Origin: an uncultured Pseudomonadales bacterium
GTDB taxonomy: Bacteria > Patescibacteriota > Microgenomatia > UBA1400 > PJMF01
Direction of reading: 5' to 3'
Length of the DNA: 64,000 nt
NCBI GenBank assembly: GCA_964491115.1
Contig: CAZBEW010000003.1
Span: 23,026 to 87,025, forward strand
Positions within the stretch are counted from its first letter, which is position 1. Every line of letters begins with the position of its first letter. The position numbers were made by a program, and so were the translations under genes. Shown one piece after another: positions 38,901 to 48,380 of the stretch. The notes beneath the pieces were generated by a model. That model did no database searches, had not been told where the DNA came from, and saw only the letters and a program-made list of their open reading frames with translations.

Positions 38901-39062
38901 CTCAAGAAACGACTTTGCAAATAAGAGCTTAACATTCAAATTGTTGTTTTCAAAAAAAGTTATTAATTGTCTGGTGAAAGCGTTTTCCTCCTCAACTAAC
39001 AATAACACCGTCGGTTGCACCTCGGAAACTTCAGTGATTAACTGTTTTTTTTGGCCAAACAT
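35970..39062 (-). CDS. DUF4012-domain membrane protein
   Basis: Central TM; VQDSNELRSGGGF, LRDANWPVNF, NVGLNK and QKQAG motifs. Confidence 0.8.
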   Translation of the reverse strand: MFGQKKQLITEVSEVQPTVLLLVEEENAFTRQLITFFENNNLNVKLLFAKSFLEPEQALAEYQAIRQIAVYKLLVVTGFKPNFAENPDFLLRVVQAIEESFVQESQALPTSFLINYSSPIDAIDLRLDSFKLFWTRQNSFLNKALKSFPLAQFCLLEDYVDLEFDFSPKFNLYFSLFDQHLLLNSQDQCCWQSKEGFLKHFEKIFFQAKPGGRLLLRGQKETAANFLEKARDLCDRYFLEKFSIAQLFVKKQENEALLANFIKTYYPNESVNRILDQKIRRLPVSLNTELKHLSQDLLTIQAQKTTDNSPAQRTSQEEVKTPKVSEPEPAKDKIKIQVSEEKTQLDEETAPLGEEAVPPPSNKAEEKKNLSKTNNFVEEKPIVKSNENKVIKKKIDKSVNIDKKLQDIFRSEQRERQDDRFNKNLKGAHKIVKKSKFRRLSFYIGIFLATCGSLTLILFATFYLSQKSFENNLLSFMEKQETQSFEQSFDVSQRKTGFFKWQLDNYQKILGRDILSTPLNYWQIFNEISQEQKLAKDLRTDSYNLYQEVLTTNGDPEEFWSIFLNKSKEHSQQQQVLYNQLEQLNLDILSENRAKIISNYQTQLLKQIKIQQRVHVFLEALSQLILSPARSNIVLLVQDSNELRSGGGFLVSVITLSFENSRLLNWQVYDVPTLDQRIYGDRIANDEIKQLLLAEKLQLRDANWPVNFVDAGTDIAWFIEQSLSLTPDLIIGINSKNLAEIAEPLYPITINNVSVNENNFFEELLRQENFDFSELSKEIANRLLAMSATEFEQVFAEFISTLETRETFMTSRDEQLANILQKNLWSGGILDTPCPSDFSNNSEQCFTDGIYQLENNVGLNKVNRLITQEINHSVGISDKFIRHKRVIKFNNLSRQNYWPEGNYQSYLKFYLPKSAQLEKISFNGIALPSGDYNLFEESNRLVLSHKFTVPILSTGELELIYLIPHQLKVPFSYVFLDQKQAGIFNKTSNYRVLFAESFQAKLIAPQATYENKEINFVNNNQDNFLFAVAF

Positions 39063-39096
39063 TGTTTGCCATCATTGTAAATTAAAGCCAGGACAA

Positions 39097-39525
39097 TTAA
39101 CAAGCTCGATCCATTGCTTCGTTTGCCAAATAGTCTGCGTTTTGATTTTTTTCTCTAAGCAAATGATTGATCTTAATCGAGTAGGGTAGGGTGCTTAAAT
39201 TTTTCCAAGCGTTGTCTGCTAAACTTTTTAACTCAGTTTTTTTAATTTTCCAACGGCGATTGATTTGTTCAACCACTAATTTTGAATCTAGATAAAACTC
39301 GACACCACCAATCACCCCGGGGTTTTTAATTTCATATTGCATTAAATAATCAAGTGCCAACAAAAAAGCCAAATATTCTGCCTCATTGTTGGTTTTAGTA
39401 CCTAAAAAGCGTGATTCTCGATAAAATTCTTGGCCATTAGCATCTTCCATATACACTCCCGCACCTGCTAAGCCAGGATTCCCCCTAGAACCACCATCAG
39501 TGAAGACTTTTATGTTTTTTTTCAT
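39097..39525 (-). CDS. rnhA: Ribonuclease HI (archaeal/actinobacterial-type)
   Basis: FTDGGSRGNPG, TNNEAEY, DSKLVVEQ and RE.N..AD.LAN motifs. Confidence 0.92.
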   Translation of the reverse strand: MKKNIKVFTDGGSRGNPGLAGAGVYMEDANGQEFYRESRFLGTKTNNEAEYLAFLLALDYLMQYEIKNPGVIGGVEFYLDSKLVVEQINRRWKIKKTELKSLADNAWKNLSTLPYSIKINHLLREKNQNADYLANEAMDRAC

Positions 39526-39571
39526 GACTCTCTGATTATTAACGCATAATTAGCGCATTATTCTCGCAAGC

Positions 39572-40030
39572 TCAAGTGTTTTTCAATTCTACAATTAGCA
39601 CTCGGCCCAAATCTCTATCTTCAGAATGACTGTGTAAATCTTTAAACTCTGGGTTTTCTGCTATCAATTCGTGAACCAAGTGTCTTTCGTAGGAATTTAA
39701 ATAGCGAAGTTCACTAGGCCTGCCAGTTTCTAAAACCCGCTGTGCCAAATCATAAGCCTTTTCTTTTAAACGCTCTTCTTGGCGAACTTTATATTGATTA
39801 ATATCTAAGACAATTAGCTTATCGGGATATTCGTCTTTAAAGCTTAACTTGCACAACAACTCGATTGCCTCAAGTGTTTCGCCTCGATTGCCAATGAGCA
39901 GGGCCGTATCTTCTTCGTCGGTTTGAATATAAATTTGTACCCGTTTTTCTCCTTCCTCAATTTTGATTTCAATCTCACCCTCAAAACCAAGGTGCTCTAT
40001 AAGTTTGCTTAGGTATTCTTCAATTTTCAT
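39572..40030 (-). CDS. jag: Jag/KhpB KH-R3H RNA-binding protein
   Basis: LLIGNRGETL (KH) and SYERHLVH (R3H); downstream of yidC. Confidence 0.9.
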   Translation of the reverse strand: MKIEEYLSKLIEHLGFEGEIEIKIEEGEKRVQIYIQTDEEDTALLIGNRGETLEAIELLCKLSFKDEYPDKLIVLDINQYKVRQEERLKEKAYDLAQRVLETGRPSELRYLNSYERHLVHELIAENPEFKDLHSHSEDRDLGRVLIVELKNT

Positions 40031-40048
40031 ATAAAATCTTTGGGTTGT

Positions 40049-41056
40049 TTATCTTTTACCTCGTTTTTTCTTTTTTCGGTTTTTTTTAATTTTCTCTTGA
40101 ATTTTAGCCTTGGTTGCACGAGTGTTCTTTTTAGGTAAAGGCTCGGTGCTACCATCTTTTTTAGCCAATAGATTGGCTAAATCACTTGTTTCTTTACTTG
40201 CTGCCGGACTCTTAAAAAGCTTGCTGGCAAAAGACTCTTTAATATTTTTTTGCTCTTTTTCTTCTTGCAACAAGAGGTTCTTCCCTTGCTCTTCCGGCAA
40301 CAATTTTCCTCCAAAATATCCTTTTTTAGCAACGTGATTGTTCCAAAACACAGCAATTCCGCCTAGTCCAGAAATAAAATATTGCGTGACAATACTAAAG
40401 ACAGTGCCAATTATCCAATAAAGGGCAAGTCCAGAGGGTAATTTTAGAGCAATAAAACCAGTCATCAGTGGCATCATAAACATCATTTGACCCTGCATGC
40501 TGGCTGCCATTTCTGCCACATCCTCTTCTTTTTCATTGGCTTTTTTTAATAAGTCGCTTTGTGTTTTGTTTGGCACTATGTCTCTGGTTTGTGTAGCAGG
40601 AGAAACCATTAAAGACAAAATAAATTGAGTTGCAGCAGCCAAAATAGGAAAAATATATTTCCCGTCTGGCTTGCTAAGATCTAGCCATAAAAAATTAAAA
40701 TTAAGACCGCTGTCTTGACTGAACAAGCGGGTTATCGACTGATACAAAACAATCAAAATCACTAATTGCAGTATTTGTGGTAAACATCCGGCTAAAGGAT
40801 TGATATTATAACTTTTATAAAGTTGAGACTGAGCCAGCGCAAAACCTTGCTGGTCGTTTTTATATTTTTCTTTAATTTTATCTAGCTCTGGTTGAAGTTT
40901 TTTAATTTTTTGAGACGACTTAATACTTGGTAAGGTTAAGGGCAAAATTAACGCGCGAATTATTATGGTAAAAACTATCAAAGCCCAACCGGCGTTGCCA
41001 AAAATACTATTCAAATAAAGCAAAGAGTTAGAGAAAAAATTAATTAAAAAATCCAT
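40049..41056 (-). CDS. yidC: Membrane protein insertase YidC
   Basis: GWALIVFTIIIR, LQPEL, NPLAGCLP, FLWLDL and GLALYW motifs. Confidence 0.95.
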   Translation of the reverse strand: MDFLINFFSNSLLYLNSIFGNAGWALIVFTIIIRALILPLTLPSIKSSQKIKKLQPELDKIKEKYKNDQQGFALAQSQLYKSYNINPLAGCLPQILQLVILIVLYQSITRLFSQDSGLNFNFLWLDLSKPDGKYIFPILAAATQFILSLMVSPATQTRDIVPNKTQSDLLKKANEKEEDVAEMAASMQGQMMFMMPLMTGFIALKLPSGLALYWIIGTVFSIVTQYFISGLGGIAVFWNNHVAKKGYFGGKLLPEEQGKNLLLQEEKEQKNIKESFASKLFKSPAASKETSDLANLLAKKDGSTEPLPKKNTRATKAKIQEKIKKNRKKKKRGKR

Positions 41057-41063
41057 AGATAAA

Positions 41064-41246
41064 TTAGTGGTGACAGTGCAATACTCGCCACATTCCTTTC
41101 GTTAGCCCAACGATTATACCATTTTTTTTAATTTCGATTGCGGTGTATTGACTACAACTTGGTTGCTGACGACACACTGGAGAATAACCAAAAGCACTAT
41201 ACATAATATTGTGGTAAATGGTGCTTAATAACTTATAAAGTTTCAT
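41064..41246 (-). CDS. yidD: Membrane protein insertion efficiency factor YidD
   Basis: CRQQPSCSQY...WRVLHCH; synteny. Confidence 0.88.
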   Translation of the reverse strand: MKLYKLLSTIYHNIMYSAFGYSPVCRQQPSCSQYTAIEIKKNGIIVGLTKGMWRVLHCHH

Positions 41247-41250
41247 GAGA

Positions 41251-41616
41251 TTAATCTAAAATTTTTAAAAAAACTACGTCTAGGTCTTTTTTTAAATCTA
41301 TGATGGAAAAGTCCTTTTTTTTATAGACTAGTACCACGTCAACACTCTCTTTAAAGATGTTTTTAGCAGCACTCTTGTTCAGCTCGTCGGCTTTTTCTCT
41401 AATTAAATTATAAATTAATCGACGATGGTGGTTGCGCTTAGTTGCCTCTGGGAAAAGGCGAGAGGGTGCAAGTGCGGCAACTCTCAAGAGCGAAAGATTG
41501 TTGTGTTGATAATATACAATTAAGTTTTCAGTTAACAGTCGCTTGCTTTTTTGAAAATCAAAACCATTATTATCTATCGCTAAAGATAGATTAAGGCGGT
41601 GTTTTTTTGCTAACAT
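41251..41616 (-). CDS. rnpA: RNase P protein component (divergent)
   Basis: MLAKKHRL start; ATKRNHHRR (RNR-like); lies between rpmH and yidD. Confidence 0.8.
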   Translation of the reverse strand: MLAKKHRLNLSLAIDNNGFDFQKSKRLLTENLIVYYQHNNLSLLRVAALAPSRLFPEATKRNHHRRLIYNLIREKADELNKSAAKNIFKESVDVVLVYKKKDFSIIDLKKDLDVVFLKILD

Positions 41617-41632
41617 TGAATTAATTTAGTTT

Positions 41633-41650
41633 AAAAGGGTTATCCCTTTT
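41633..41650. terminator. Short hairpin overlapping the rpmH stop
   Basis: AAAAGGG-TTAT-CCCTTTT. Confidence 0.4.
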
Positions 41651-41786
41651 TGATAACCGTTAGTTTGCTTCGTTTTTTAGCCCGACGCCTAGCTAAAACT
41701 TGACGTCCGCCAAGACTAGACATTCTAGCCAAAAAACCATGCATTCTGAGGCGCTTTTTTTTCTTAGGATTCCAAGTTCTTTTCAT
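41640..41786 (-). CDS. rpmH: 50S ribosomal protein bL34 (not in the ORF track)
   Basis: Hand translation gives [48 protein letters not shown] (48 aa). Confidence 0.96.
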   Translation of the reverse strand: MKRTWNPKKKKRLRMHGFLARMSSLGGRQVLARRRAKKRSKLTVIKKG

Positions 41787-41807
41787 AAGTGGCAATTATA
41801 ACACAAG

Positions 41808-42953
41808 CTAGTCATTAACTCTAAACGGCATGCTGATGTAAAAATAGTCTTTATTGTTCTGACCAACGAAGCGAGCCGGCTTGAGGCTTTCATTAATTGA
41901 TATAGAAATTTTTTCCGAATGAACGGCGTTAATAAAATCAATTAAATAAAGAGCATTAAAGGCAATTTGCAAATCATCTACTTCTTGATCACTCAAATCT
42001 GTTTTTATCTCAACCGTGATTTCGCTATTATATTCGCCAAAACTAGGAGAAATCGCCTTAATCATCAAGCCACTTTCTTCTTTAGTTTTTTTAAAGGAAA
42101 AACGAACAATATTAGATGTTTCTCTAGCAAAAATTTGCGCTCTTTTAAGTTGGCTTAAAAATTCATCGCTATCCACTTCAAGCGTAAGTTTAAAGCTTGG
42201 AGGAATAATTTTTTGATACGGAGGAAAATCTCCCTCAATTAAACGCACAAAAAAATCAACGTTACCCACTTTAAACAACAATTGTTTAAGCTCATTAGAG
42301 ACAACAACCGACACCTCTTCAATTTGCCCTTGCTTAGCAATTCTTAATAATTCAGCAATCGCTTTAGCTGGCACCAATAGGTTTTGTTTGAAAGAGAAAT
42401 TAAGCTGTTTTAAGCTAAAACTAGCCAGGCGAAAACCGTCCGTTCCAATTACCAACAAGCCTTTTTCAGAAAAATCCATTAACAACGAAGTTAAAACTGG
42501 CCGCGTTTGATCATTGCTAGAAGCAAACACAGTTAAACTATTAATTTTTTCTAGATCAGCGACATTTAAGTTAAAATTATCACCAGTTACTTTGGGAAAT
42601 TTTGGATACTCCTCTGCAGATTGACAACTTAATTTAGCTATTGTTTTTCCCTGACTAATATACAAAACAGCCTCTTTTAGTTCTAGAGTAATTTTTCCAG
42701 GAGGAAGAGAGCTAATAAGACTTCTAAAAGTATCTCCATCGACTACTAAGCTTCCGCTTTCTTTAACTTCAACTACCAAGCTAGCTCGCATTCCTAAATA
42801 TAAGTCAGTGGCTGCTAAAACGAGCTTGTTGTTTTTTGCTTCTAAAAAAATTGATGACAAGATTGGCAACTGCGGTTTGTTTGGCACTATCTTTTGCAGA
42901 TAGTCCAATTGTTGTTTTAAGGTTTCCTGAAGAACACTTATTTTCATATTCAT
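41808..42953 (-). CDS. dnaN: DNA polymerase III beta clamp
   Basis: PILSSI, ATDL, TRPVLT, GTDGFRL, RLIEGDFP.Y, AFN..YL and MP.R motifs. Confidence 0.96.
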   Translation of the reverse strand: MNMKISVLQETLKQQLDYLQKIVPNKPQLPILSSIFLEAKNNKLVLAATDLYLGMRASLVVEVKESGSLVVDGDTFRSLISSLPPGKITLELKEAVLYISQGKTIAKLSCQSAEEYPKFPKVTGDNFNLNVADLEKINSLTVFASSNDQTRPVLTSLLMDFSEKGLLVIGTDGFRLASFSLKQLNFSFKQNLLVPAKAIAELLRIAKQGQIEEVSVVVSNELKQLLFKVGNVDFFVRLIEGDFPPYQKIIPPSFKLTLEVDSDEFLSQLKRAQIFARETSNIVRFSFKKTKEESGLMIKAISPSFGEYNSEITVEIKTDLSDQEVDDLQIAFNALYLIDFINAVHSEKISISINESLKPARFVGQNNKDYFYISMPFRVND

Positions 42954-43341
42954 TTTTTATTTTAGTATTGTTTATTCATATTGTAACTGATGATTATGTT
43001 TAATATTTATTAAATTTTTAAAAAGTAATAGTAGTAGTAGGGCATGTGGTAAAGTGAAAAATAGCAAAATAAACAAAAAAAACAACGATTGTTTGCGATT
43101 ATTTAATAATAAGATTTGTGGATAAGTATAATATTCTTTGTGAATATTTTATTAAAAATAACTTAATTTATGTAGAAAACTTTTAAAGAAATTAACATTA
43201 TGGGTGAAGTTATTCACAATTATTCACAATGTATTCAGAAGATTTCCACAAAATCGAAAATTTATGTGGAAAAGAGAATAGGTGTTAAGTGCTTTTTTCT
43301 AAAAAAGCCTTAATCATCAGTTTTTTAATGTGCTTGCTTTC
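42954..43341. other. oriC: Chromosomal replication origin oriC
   Basis: Very AT-rich dnaA-dnaN intergenic region. DnaA boxes: TGTGGATAA 43117-43125, TTATTCACA 43210-43218 and 43220-43228, degenerate boxes at 43045, 43139, 43242 and 43265. TAA-TAG-TAG-TAG-TAG trios at 43026-43040. Confidence 0.88.
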
Positions 43342-44859
43342 TTATTTAGAAACAGCAATTAAAGACATTTTTAGGGCAGAAAGATCCTGGGCGAGGTCTT
43401 CATCGACTAAAAGTTCTTGTTCGATTTTTTTTACCGCGTGGATAACGCTGGTGTGGTCGCGTCCCCCAAACCACTGACCAATTTCTTCCAAAGAACTATT
43501 CAGCTCTTGTCTTAACAGGTACATGGCCACGTGTCGCGCCCTGACCAAGTGTTTGTTGCGACGTCCACCTTTAATTGCGCTTTGCTTGAGGTGATAGTGG
43601 TTACCGACGCTTTGAATAATGTCTTGAGGTTTAACGCGCAGGGTTGTTTGGTGGTTTTGTCTAATTTCTTTTTTTAAAATGATGTCAATTAATTCGCTGT
43701 TAATTTCAGCTCCTTGTAATTCGACAGCGCTGCGGATTTTTTGAATAATTCCCTCAATTCGTCTTGCGCTATCAACTTGAGAAGCAATTTTTTGCGCCAA
43801 ATGGTTGGGAATGTTAATGTGACCCGTTTCTGCTTTAAGCAATAAAATCGCGGTGCGTAATTCCAGAGTGGGCTGCTGGATGTCAATTATTAGTCCTGCC
43901 TCGAAGCGCGAGCGAATTCTGTCTTCTAGTAAACTTATTTCATGTGGCGGAAGATCAGAGGTTAGAACAACCTGAGAGTTGTTAGCAGTCAGTGCGTTAA
44001 ATGTGTGAAAAAACTCTTCTTGAACACTTTTTTTACCAGCAATAAATTGAATGTCGTCTAATAAAAGCAGATCGGCTTTTCGATATTTATTGCGAAACTG
44101 AGCAGAGTTTTTATTTTGTATTGAGCGAATGATTTCGTTAGTGAATTGTTCTCCAGTGCAAAAAACAATGTTGGAATCTGGGTTGTTTTTTAACACATAA
44201 TTGGCAATCGCGTGCATGAGGTGGGTTTTACCAACGCCTACGCCACCATACAAAAAAAGAGGATTGTAACTCGTCCCTAAACTGCTAGCAACCTTGGTTG
44301 CCGCAGCGTGAGCCATCTGATTGCTTGGGTCGACGGCGAAGTTTTTAAAGGTATAATCTGTTTTTAAGCCAATTTGTTTAGCTGTTAAAATATACCTATC
44401 AACAGTGTTATTTTTAATATTTGAGTAAGAAAATAGTTCATCAACGGTGGGTGATAAAAGGTCTGGTCTGCTGCTTGTGTCGTCCATTACGCTTTCATTA
44501 CTTAGCGCTGTTTTTTTGTTTTTTTGAATTCTTTGGTCGGCTTGGGCGAAACCCTCGCGTCCTTGTTGTAGAGTTCGATTACCAACAATAAAATTAATTT
44601 CGATCGGTCGATTAACATATTTCTCCAAAGCAGTCTTAATTGGCAAATAAAGGTTAGACTTGAGGTTGGTTACGTGAAAAGCGGTCATGCAACTAATGGT
44701 GGCCTCGGCTTTTAAATCGTCGACAATTGTCAGTTGTACTAGGGGACTTGGCAAAATCCAGGTGTTGAAAATCGCAGGACTGAGACTGTTTTCTAGATCA
44801 TTTTTAGCCATTTGCCAAATTTGTTCTACGGTTTGAACATCATAGTTTTGTTCAGACAT
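43342..44859 (-). CDS. dnaA: Chromosomal replication initiator DnaA
   Basis: YNPLFLYGGVGVGKTHL, LLDDIQF, QEEFFHTFN and FGGRDHTSVIHA motifs. Confidence 0.98.
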   Translation of the reverse strand: MSEQNYDVQTVEQIWQMAKNDLENSLSPAIFNTWILPSPLVQLTIVDDLKAEATISCMTAFHVTNLKSNLYLPIKTALEKYVNRPIEINFIVGNRTLQQGREGFAQADQRIQKNKKTALSNESVMDDTSSRPDLLSPTVDELFSYSNIKNNTVDRYILTAKQIGLKTDYTFKNFAVDPSNQMAHAAATKVASSLGTSYNPLFLYGGVGVGKTHLMHAIANYVLKNNPDSNIVFCTGEQFTNEIIRSIQNKNSAQFRNKYRKADLLLLDDIQFIAGKKSVQEEFFHTFNALTANNSQVVLTSDLPPHEISLLEDRIRSRFEAGLIIDIQQPTLELRTAILLLKAETGHINIPNHLAQKIASQVDSARRIEGIIQKIRSAVELQGAEINSELIDIILKKEIRQNHQTTLRVKPQDIIQSVGNHYHLKQSAIKGGRRNKHLVRARHVAMYLLRQELNSSLEEIGQWFGGRDHTSVIHAVKKIEQELLVDEDLAQDLSALKMSLIAVSK

Positions 44860-44924
44860 ATTAACGTAACCCTTAAATTTACTGGGGCAGAATTAGAATA
44901 ATAAGTGAAAACTAGCAAGCATAG

Positions 44925-44945
44925 TTATACACAGAGTTTTTCACA
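44925..44945. promoter_or_regulatory. Two DnaA boxes upstream of dnaA
   Basis: TTATACACA at 44925-44933 and TTTTTCACA at 44937-44945. Confidence 0.7.
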
Positions 44946-44963
44946 TTTGACAAGGGGCAATTT

Positions 44964-47216
44964 TTATTCTGAGCCTTTGTAGTCGTCAATAGAGTAGCCG
45001 TATAGCTGTCTGGTTTTTGGTTGAGCTTCTTGTTCAAGCTCTTGAGTGTTGTCAAAATTATTGTTTAAATCGCTGTTTTGGCTACTTGCTGTCTCGTTTT
45101 GAATGTTTGTTTCTTCGTTTTGTCCACTCGCCACCTCATTTTCAGCAACTGTTTGTTGTTTTTGTTCAGCATCAAAAATATTTTTGATTTGCGGTAGAGT
45201 GTTGCTTTGACGTAATCTGATTTCTGCTTGACGCTCGGCATTTTCTAGTAAATCAGTCTCTATTTTAACCTTTTCTCCTTGCCAGGGAATTTTTTCAGGT
45301 CTGCTAAATTCTCCAACTTTTTCCTCGCTTTTCTCAATCGTGCTTTCTTGTTCTAGTCGACGACGTCTAAGCTCACGCTCTGCCTCAGCCTGTTTCTTTT
45401 TGGCTAAAATTTCTTCAGGATCTGTTGTGATTGCTCTATCTTCTTTTTCTGACGCAATAACTCGTAGTGCCACGTGATTTTGGCCAGCAAAAAAGATGCC
45501 TTCGCCAACATCTGAAGTCACCAACAGCTGTCTTTCTCCCTCAGACAAATAAAAAGTTTGCGCTAAAAGAGGAATCGAGGAGGTTGATTGCTTCATTAGA
45601 AACTGAATAGAAGAGTTAGAAACGATTGCTCGCCCATAATCGTTGCGCAAAAAGTCTTCAACGTCTTGAGTAATGGTGGTAATACCAAGGAAATATTTAC
45701 GAGCGCGTTTAACCATCGAATATACAAAAGCAGAGCTATCTTGATGCATCATGAAGTACCAGGCTTCATCAATCACTAAAATTCGTTTTTTAAGATCTTT
45801 TTTCACTTTTGTCCAAATGAAATCAAGAATCACGTACATGGCAATTGGTCGCATTTCTTCTTCCATTTCTCTGACGCTAAAAACAGTGAAGGGGGAGCGA
45901 ATGTCAATGTTTGAAGCTTTATCAAAAATTCCCCGAAAAGACCCCGTAATAAATTTTTCTAAACGTGCTGACAAATCATCGCTTTCATCTTGTTCCATGC
46001 CGACTAAGGCCTTGTATAGGTCTTCCATTAGGGGTGGAGTATTAGTTTGAGTGTTGGGATCGGGAGTAATGCCCTTGGCTTTATAGCTGGCAATGATTGC
46101 TCGATCAAGAATTGCTTCTTGTTGAGGAGTCATTTCTCCCAACATCACTTTTAGCAGACCATGCAAGGACAAAATCTTTTGACCAAGCTCATTTTCTCCC
46201 TCTTCGTACAAATTAGATAGGTCAAATGGATTAATTTTTGCCTTAGAACCAAAAGTAAAATTAATATATTCTCCGCCAACCATATTACATAGCTCTTCAT
46301 ATTCATGTTCTGGATCTAGCACGATAATTTCCGTGTCAAACATGAGCTGGCGCAAAATTTCTAGTTTTACTGTGTAGGATTTTCCTGCACCAGATTTAGC
46401 AAAAATAACCATGTTGGCATTTTCCATTTTAAAACGATCAAAAATTACCAAAGAATCGTTGTGTTCGTTGATGCCATAAACAATGCCAGTTTCCATGGTT
46501 AATTCTGAGGAAGTAAAGGGAAAGGTTGTGGCTAACGAAGTGGTGTCCATGTTTCTAGTGATTAACAGGCGATCGGTGCCCATTGGCAAGGTGTTTTTGA
46601 AGCCCTCATCCATTTGTAAAGCGGTTTTTTTTGAAACAATTAATAAAGAGCCTAAAGAAGATTGAATGGCTTTGGTGATTTTGTCTAATTGCTCTCTAGT
46701 TTCGCTTTTAATAGTGACGTATAAGCTAAATTGGAAAAATCTTTCCGAGCCAGCCGCCAGTTGCTCTCGCATGACTCGCGCGTCATTTAATTTAATTTCA
46801 GTGTTAATATTACTAATTTTACCGTTGCGGAGATCTGAGGTTATTTCTGCCTCCATTTCAGTGATTTTTCTTTTCAAATCATCTAAAATTTTGCTGGTGT
46901 CAGACGGAAAAACAAACATCGAAATATTAGCTTGAGTGGGAAAATTAATTAGCGGTGACAACCAGTTGGCTGGGACAGTACGCGGATAACCAGCCACAAA
47001 AATAGTTCTTGTATATGTTGAATTAATTTTTTGATAGGTGAAATCCACCTCTATTGCTTCTGGGGCAATAATATCTTGAATAGTCACTAGACCACGAGAA
47101 AAATCTTTCAATCTTTCTTGAGTATATTGCTCTGCATCAATCTTTTTTTTCTCAACAGGATCAGTGACTGTTTCTTTCTTTTTAAAAAATGGTAGGTTTA
47201 GGTTTAGTAATGACAT
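44964..47216 (-). CDS. virB4: VirB4-like T4SS ATPase
   Basis: IFAKSGAGKS (Walker A), LDPEHEY, INPFDL, VIDEAW (Walker B) and RARKY..ITQDVEDF motifs. Confidence 0.9.
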   Translation of the reverse strand: MSLLNLNLPFFKKKETVTDPVEKKKIDAEQYTQERLKDFSRGLVTIQDIIAPEAIEVDFTYQKINSTYTRTIFVAGYPRTVPANWLSPLINFPTQANISMFVFPSDTSKILDDLKRKITEMEAEITSDLRNGKISNINTEIKLNDARVMREQLAAGSERFFQFSLYVTIKSETREQLDKITKAIQSSLGSLLIVSKKTALQMDEGFKNTLPMGTDRLLITRNMDTTSLATTFPFTSSELTMETGIVYGINEHNDSLVIFDRFKMENANMVIFAKSGAGKSYTVKLEILRQLMFDTEIIVLDPEHEYEELCNMVGGEYINFTFGSKAKINPFDLSNLYEEGENELGQKILSLHGLLKVMLGEMTPQQEAILDRAIIASYKAKGITPDPNTQTNTPPLMEDLYKALVGMEQDESDDLSARLEKFITGSFRGIFDKASNIDIRSPFTVFSVREMEEEMRPIAMYVILDFIWTKVKKDLKKRILVIDEAWYFMMHQDSSAFVYSMVKRARKYFLGITTITQDVEDFLRNDYGRAIVSNSSIQFLMKQSTSSIPLLAQTFYLSEGERQLLVTSDVGEGIFFAGQNHVALRVIASEKEDRAITTDPEEILAKKKQAEAERELRRRRLEQESTIEKSEEKVGEFSRPEKIPWQGEKVKIETDLLENAERQAEIRLRQSNTLPQIKNIFDAEQKQQTVAENEVASGQNEETNIQNETASSQNSDLNNNFDNTQELEQEAQPKTRQLYGYSIDDYKGSE

Positions 47217-48329
47217 TTAAAGTTCTACAGGTGCAGGTGAGTTATTTGCTTTCTTGCTAATTGTTGTTGGGTTGGGGTTTGCTTCTTCTCCATAATCGAG
47301 GTGTTTCTGAACGGCAGGTGCCTGTCCTGTATCTCGAATCATGGGATTTTGCTGATTAATTTGTGTTTGAAGTGAGGGAATTTCTTCTCTAAAGCTAGAG
47401 GAGGAGCTTGTTTGCCAATGGGGGGCTACCGGACTTGTTGGTCTAGTGGCGGGAGCAATTTCCTCTTGCTTGGGTCTTGGCACTGGCGACTCAACTTTTT
47501 CTTGTCTGCGCTCTGATGCTGGCGCTTTGATTTCTTCTTGGTCAGGCGCTGTAGTTGCTGTTGTCGCATCGTCATCTCTTAACGCCCCACTTTCTGTATA
47601 GAGTGTTTGGCGGAAATTCTGGCGTATTCGTTGTGGATCTTGTTCTTCAGCAAGGCTGGCTCTCACGATTGGTGTAGTGTAACTGTCGCTATTAGCCACC
47701 TCCTGACCCTCCGTGGACTCTGGATTGTAATTGACGTAAAAATTTTGAATGATTTCTTGAGTGTCTAGTTGTCTGGCAAATAAGCCCACTCGGTTGAATT
47801 GGGCAATGAGATGATCTCTTCTTGGATCGAGAATAGCGCTAGCTTTTTCAACTAAAACGGTTTTTTCGTGGTTGTTAATATCAAACTTGGTTTTACCGGG
47901 TAAGACACTTTCTGCGGTGTATAAACCCATTTCAGCTGCGTTAGTAGGTACAACAACAAAAAACTTTTTTTCTAAAACATTGCGCTCGTAGATTAAGTTG
48001 GCTACAAATTCTCTATATTCAGCAATTAATTGAGACTTAGCTCTTGATTTACTTTCCTTAATTTGATTGTCTAACAATCTTAAATAGCGACTAGCATCCT
48101 TGACGTTCGACTGAATATTAATTTGAATTGGAAAATTTAAAGAATTAAGCAACGCTCCATAAGTGTACATGATGGCGTCTTGTTCTTGTTCCGCCAAGAG
48201 ACTAAAGTTCATGGTGCCAATTTGCATAATTATTGACACCACGCCATCTTTAAGAATCACCATATCATTGGTGATGTCATAAACATCTAGAAATTCCTGC
48301 GTGGTAGAGTTGATACTGTTGTCACTCAT
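47217..48329 (-). CDS. T4SS-associated protein (resembles the VirB4/TraC N-terminal region) with a low-complexity tail
   Basis: STTQEFL.V.DI, NFSLL..EQDA..Y..LLNSLNFPIQI; lies between PrgI and VirB4. Confidence 0.7.
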   Translation of the reverse strand: MSDNSINSTTQEFLDVYDITNDMVILKDGVVSIIMQIGTMNFSLLAEQEQDAIMYTYGALLNSLNFPIQINIQSNVKDASRYLRLLDNQIKESKSRAKSQLIAEYREFVANLIYERNVLEKKFFVVVPTNAAEMGLYTAESVLPGKTKFDINNHEKTVLVEKASAILDPRRDHLIAQFNRVGLFARQLDTQEIIQNFYVNYNPESTEGQEVANSDSYTTPIVRASLAEEQDPQRIRQNFRQTLYTESGALRDDDATTATTAPDQEEIKAPASERRQEKVESPVPRPKQEEIAPATRPTSPVAPHWQTSSSSSFREEIPSLQTQINQQNPMIRDTGQAPAVQKHLDYGEEANPNPTTISKKANNSPAPVEL

Positions 48330-48380
48330 AAAGCTATTTCAGTTTACTAGATTTTAAGTGCTAATAAAAGAGCTTTGTCC

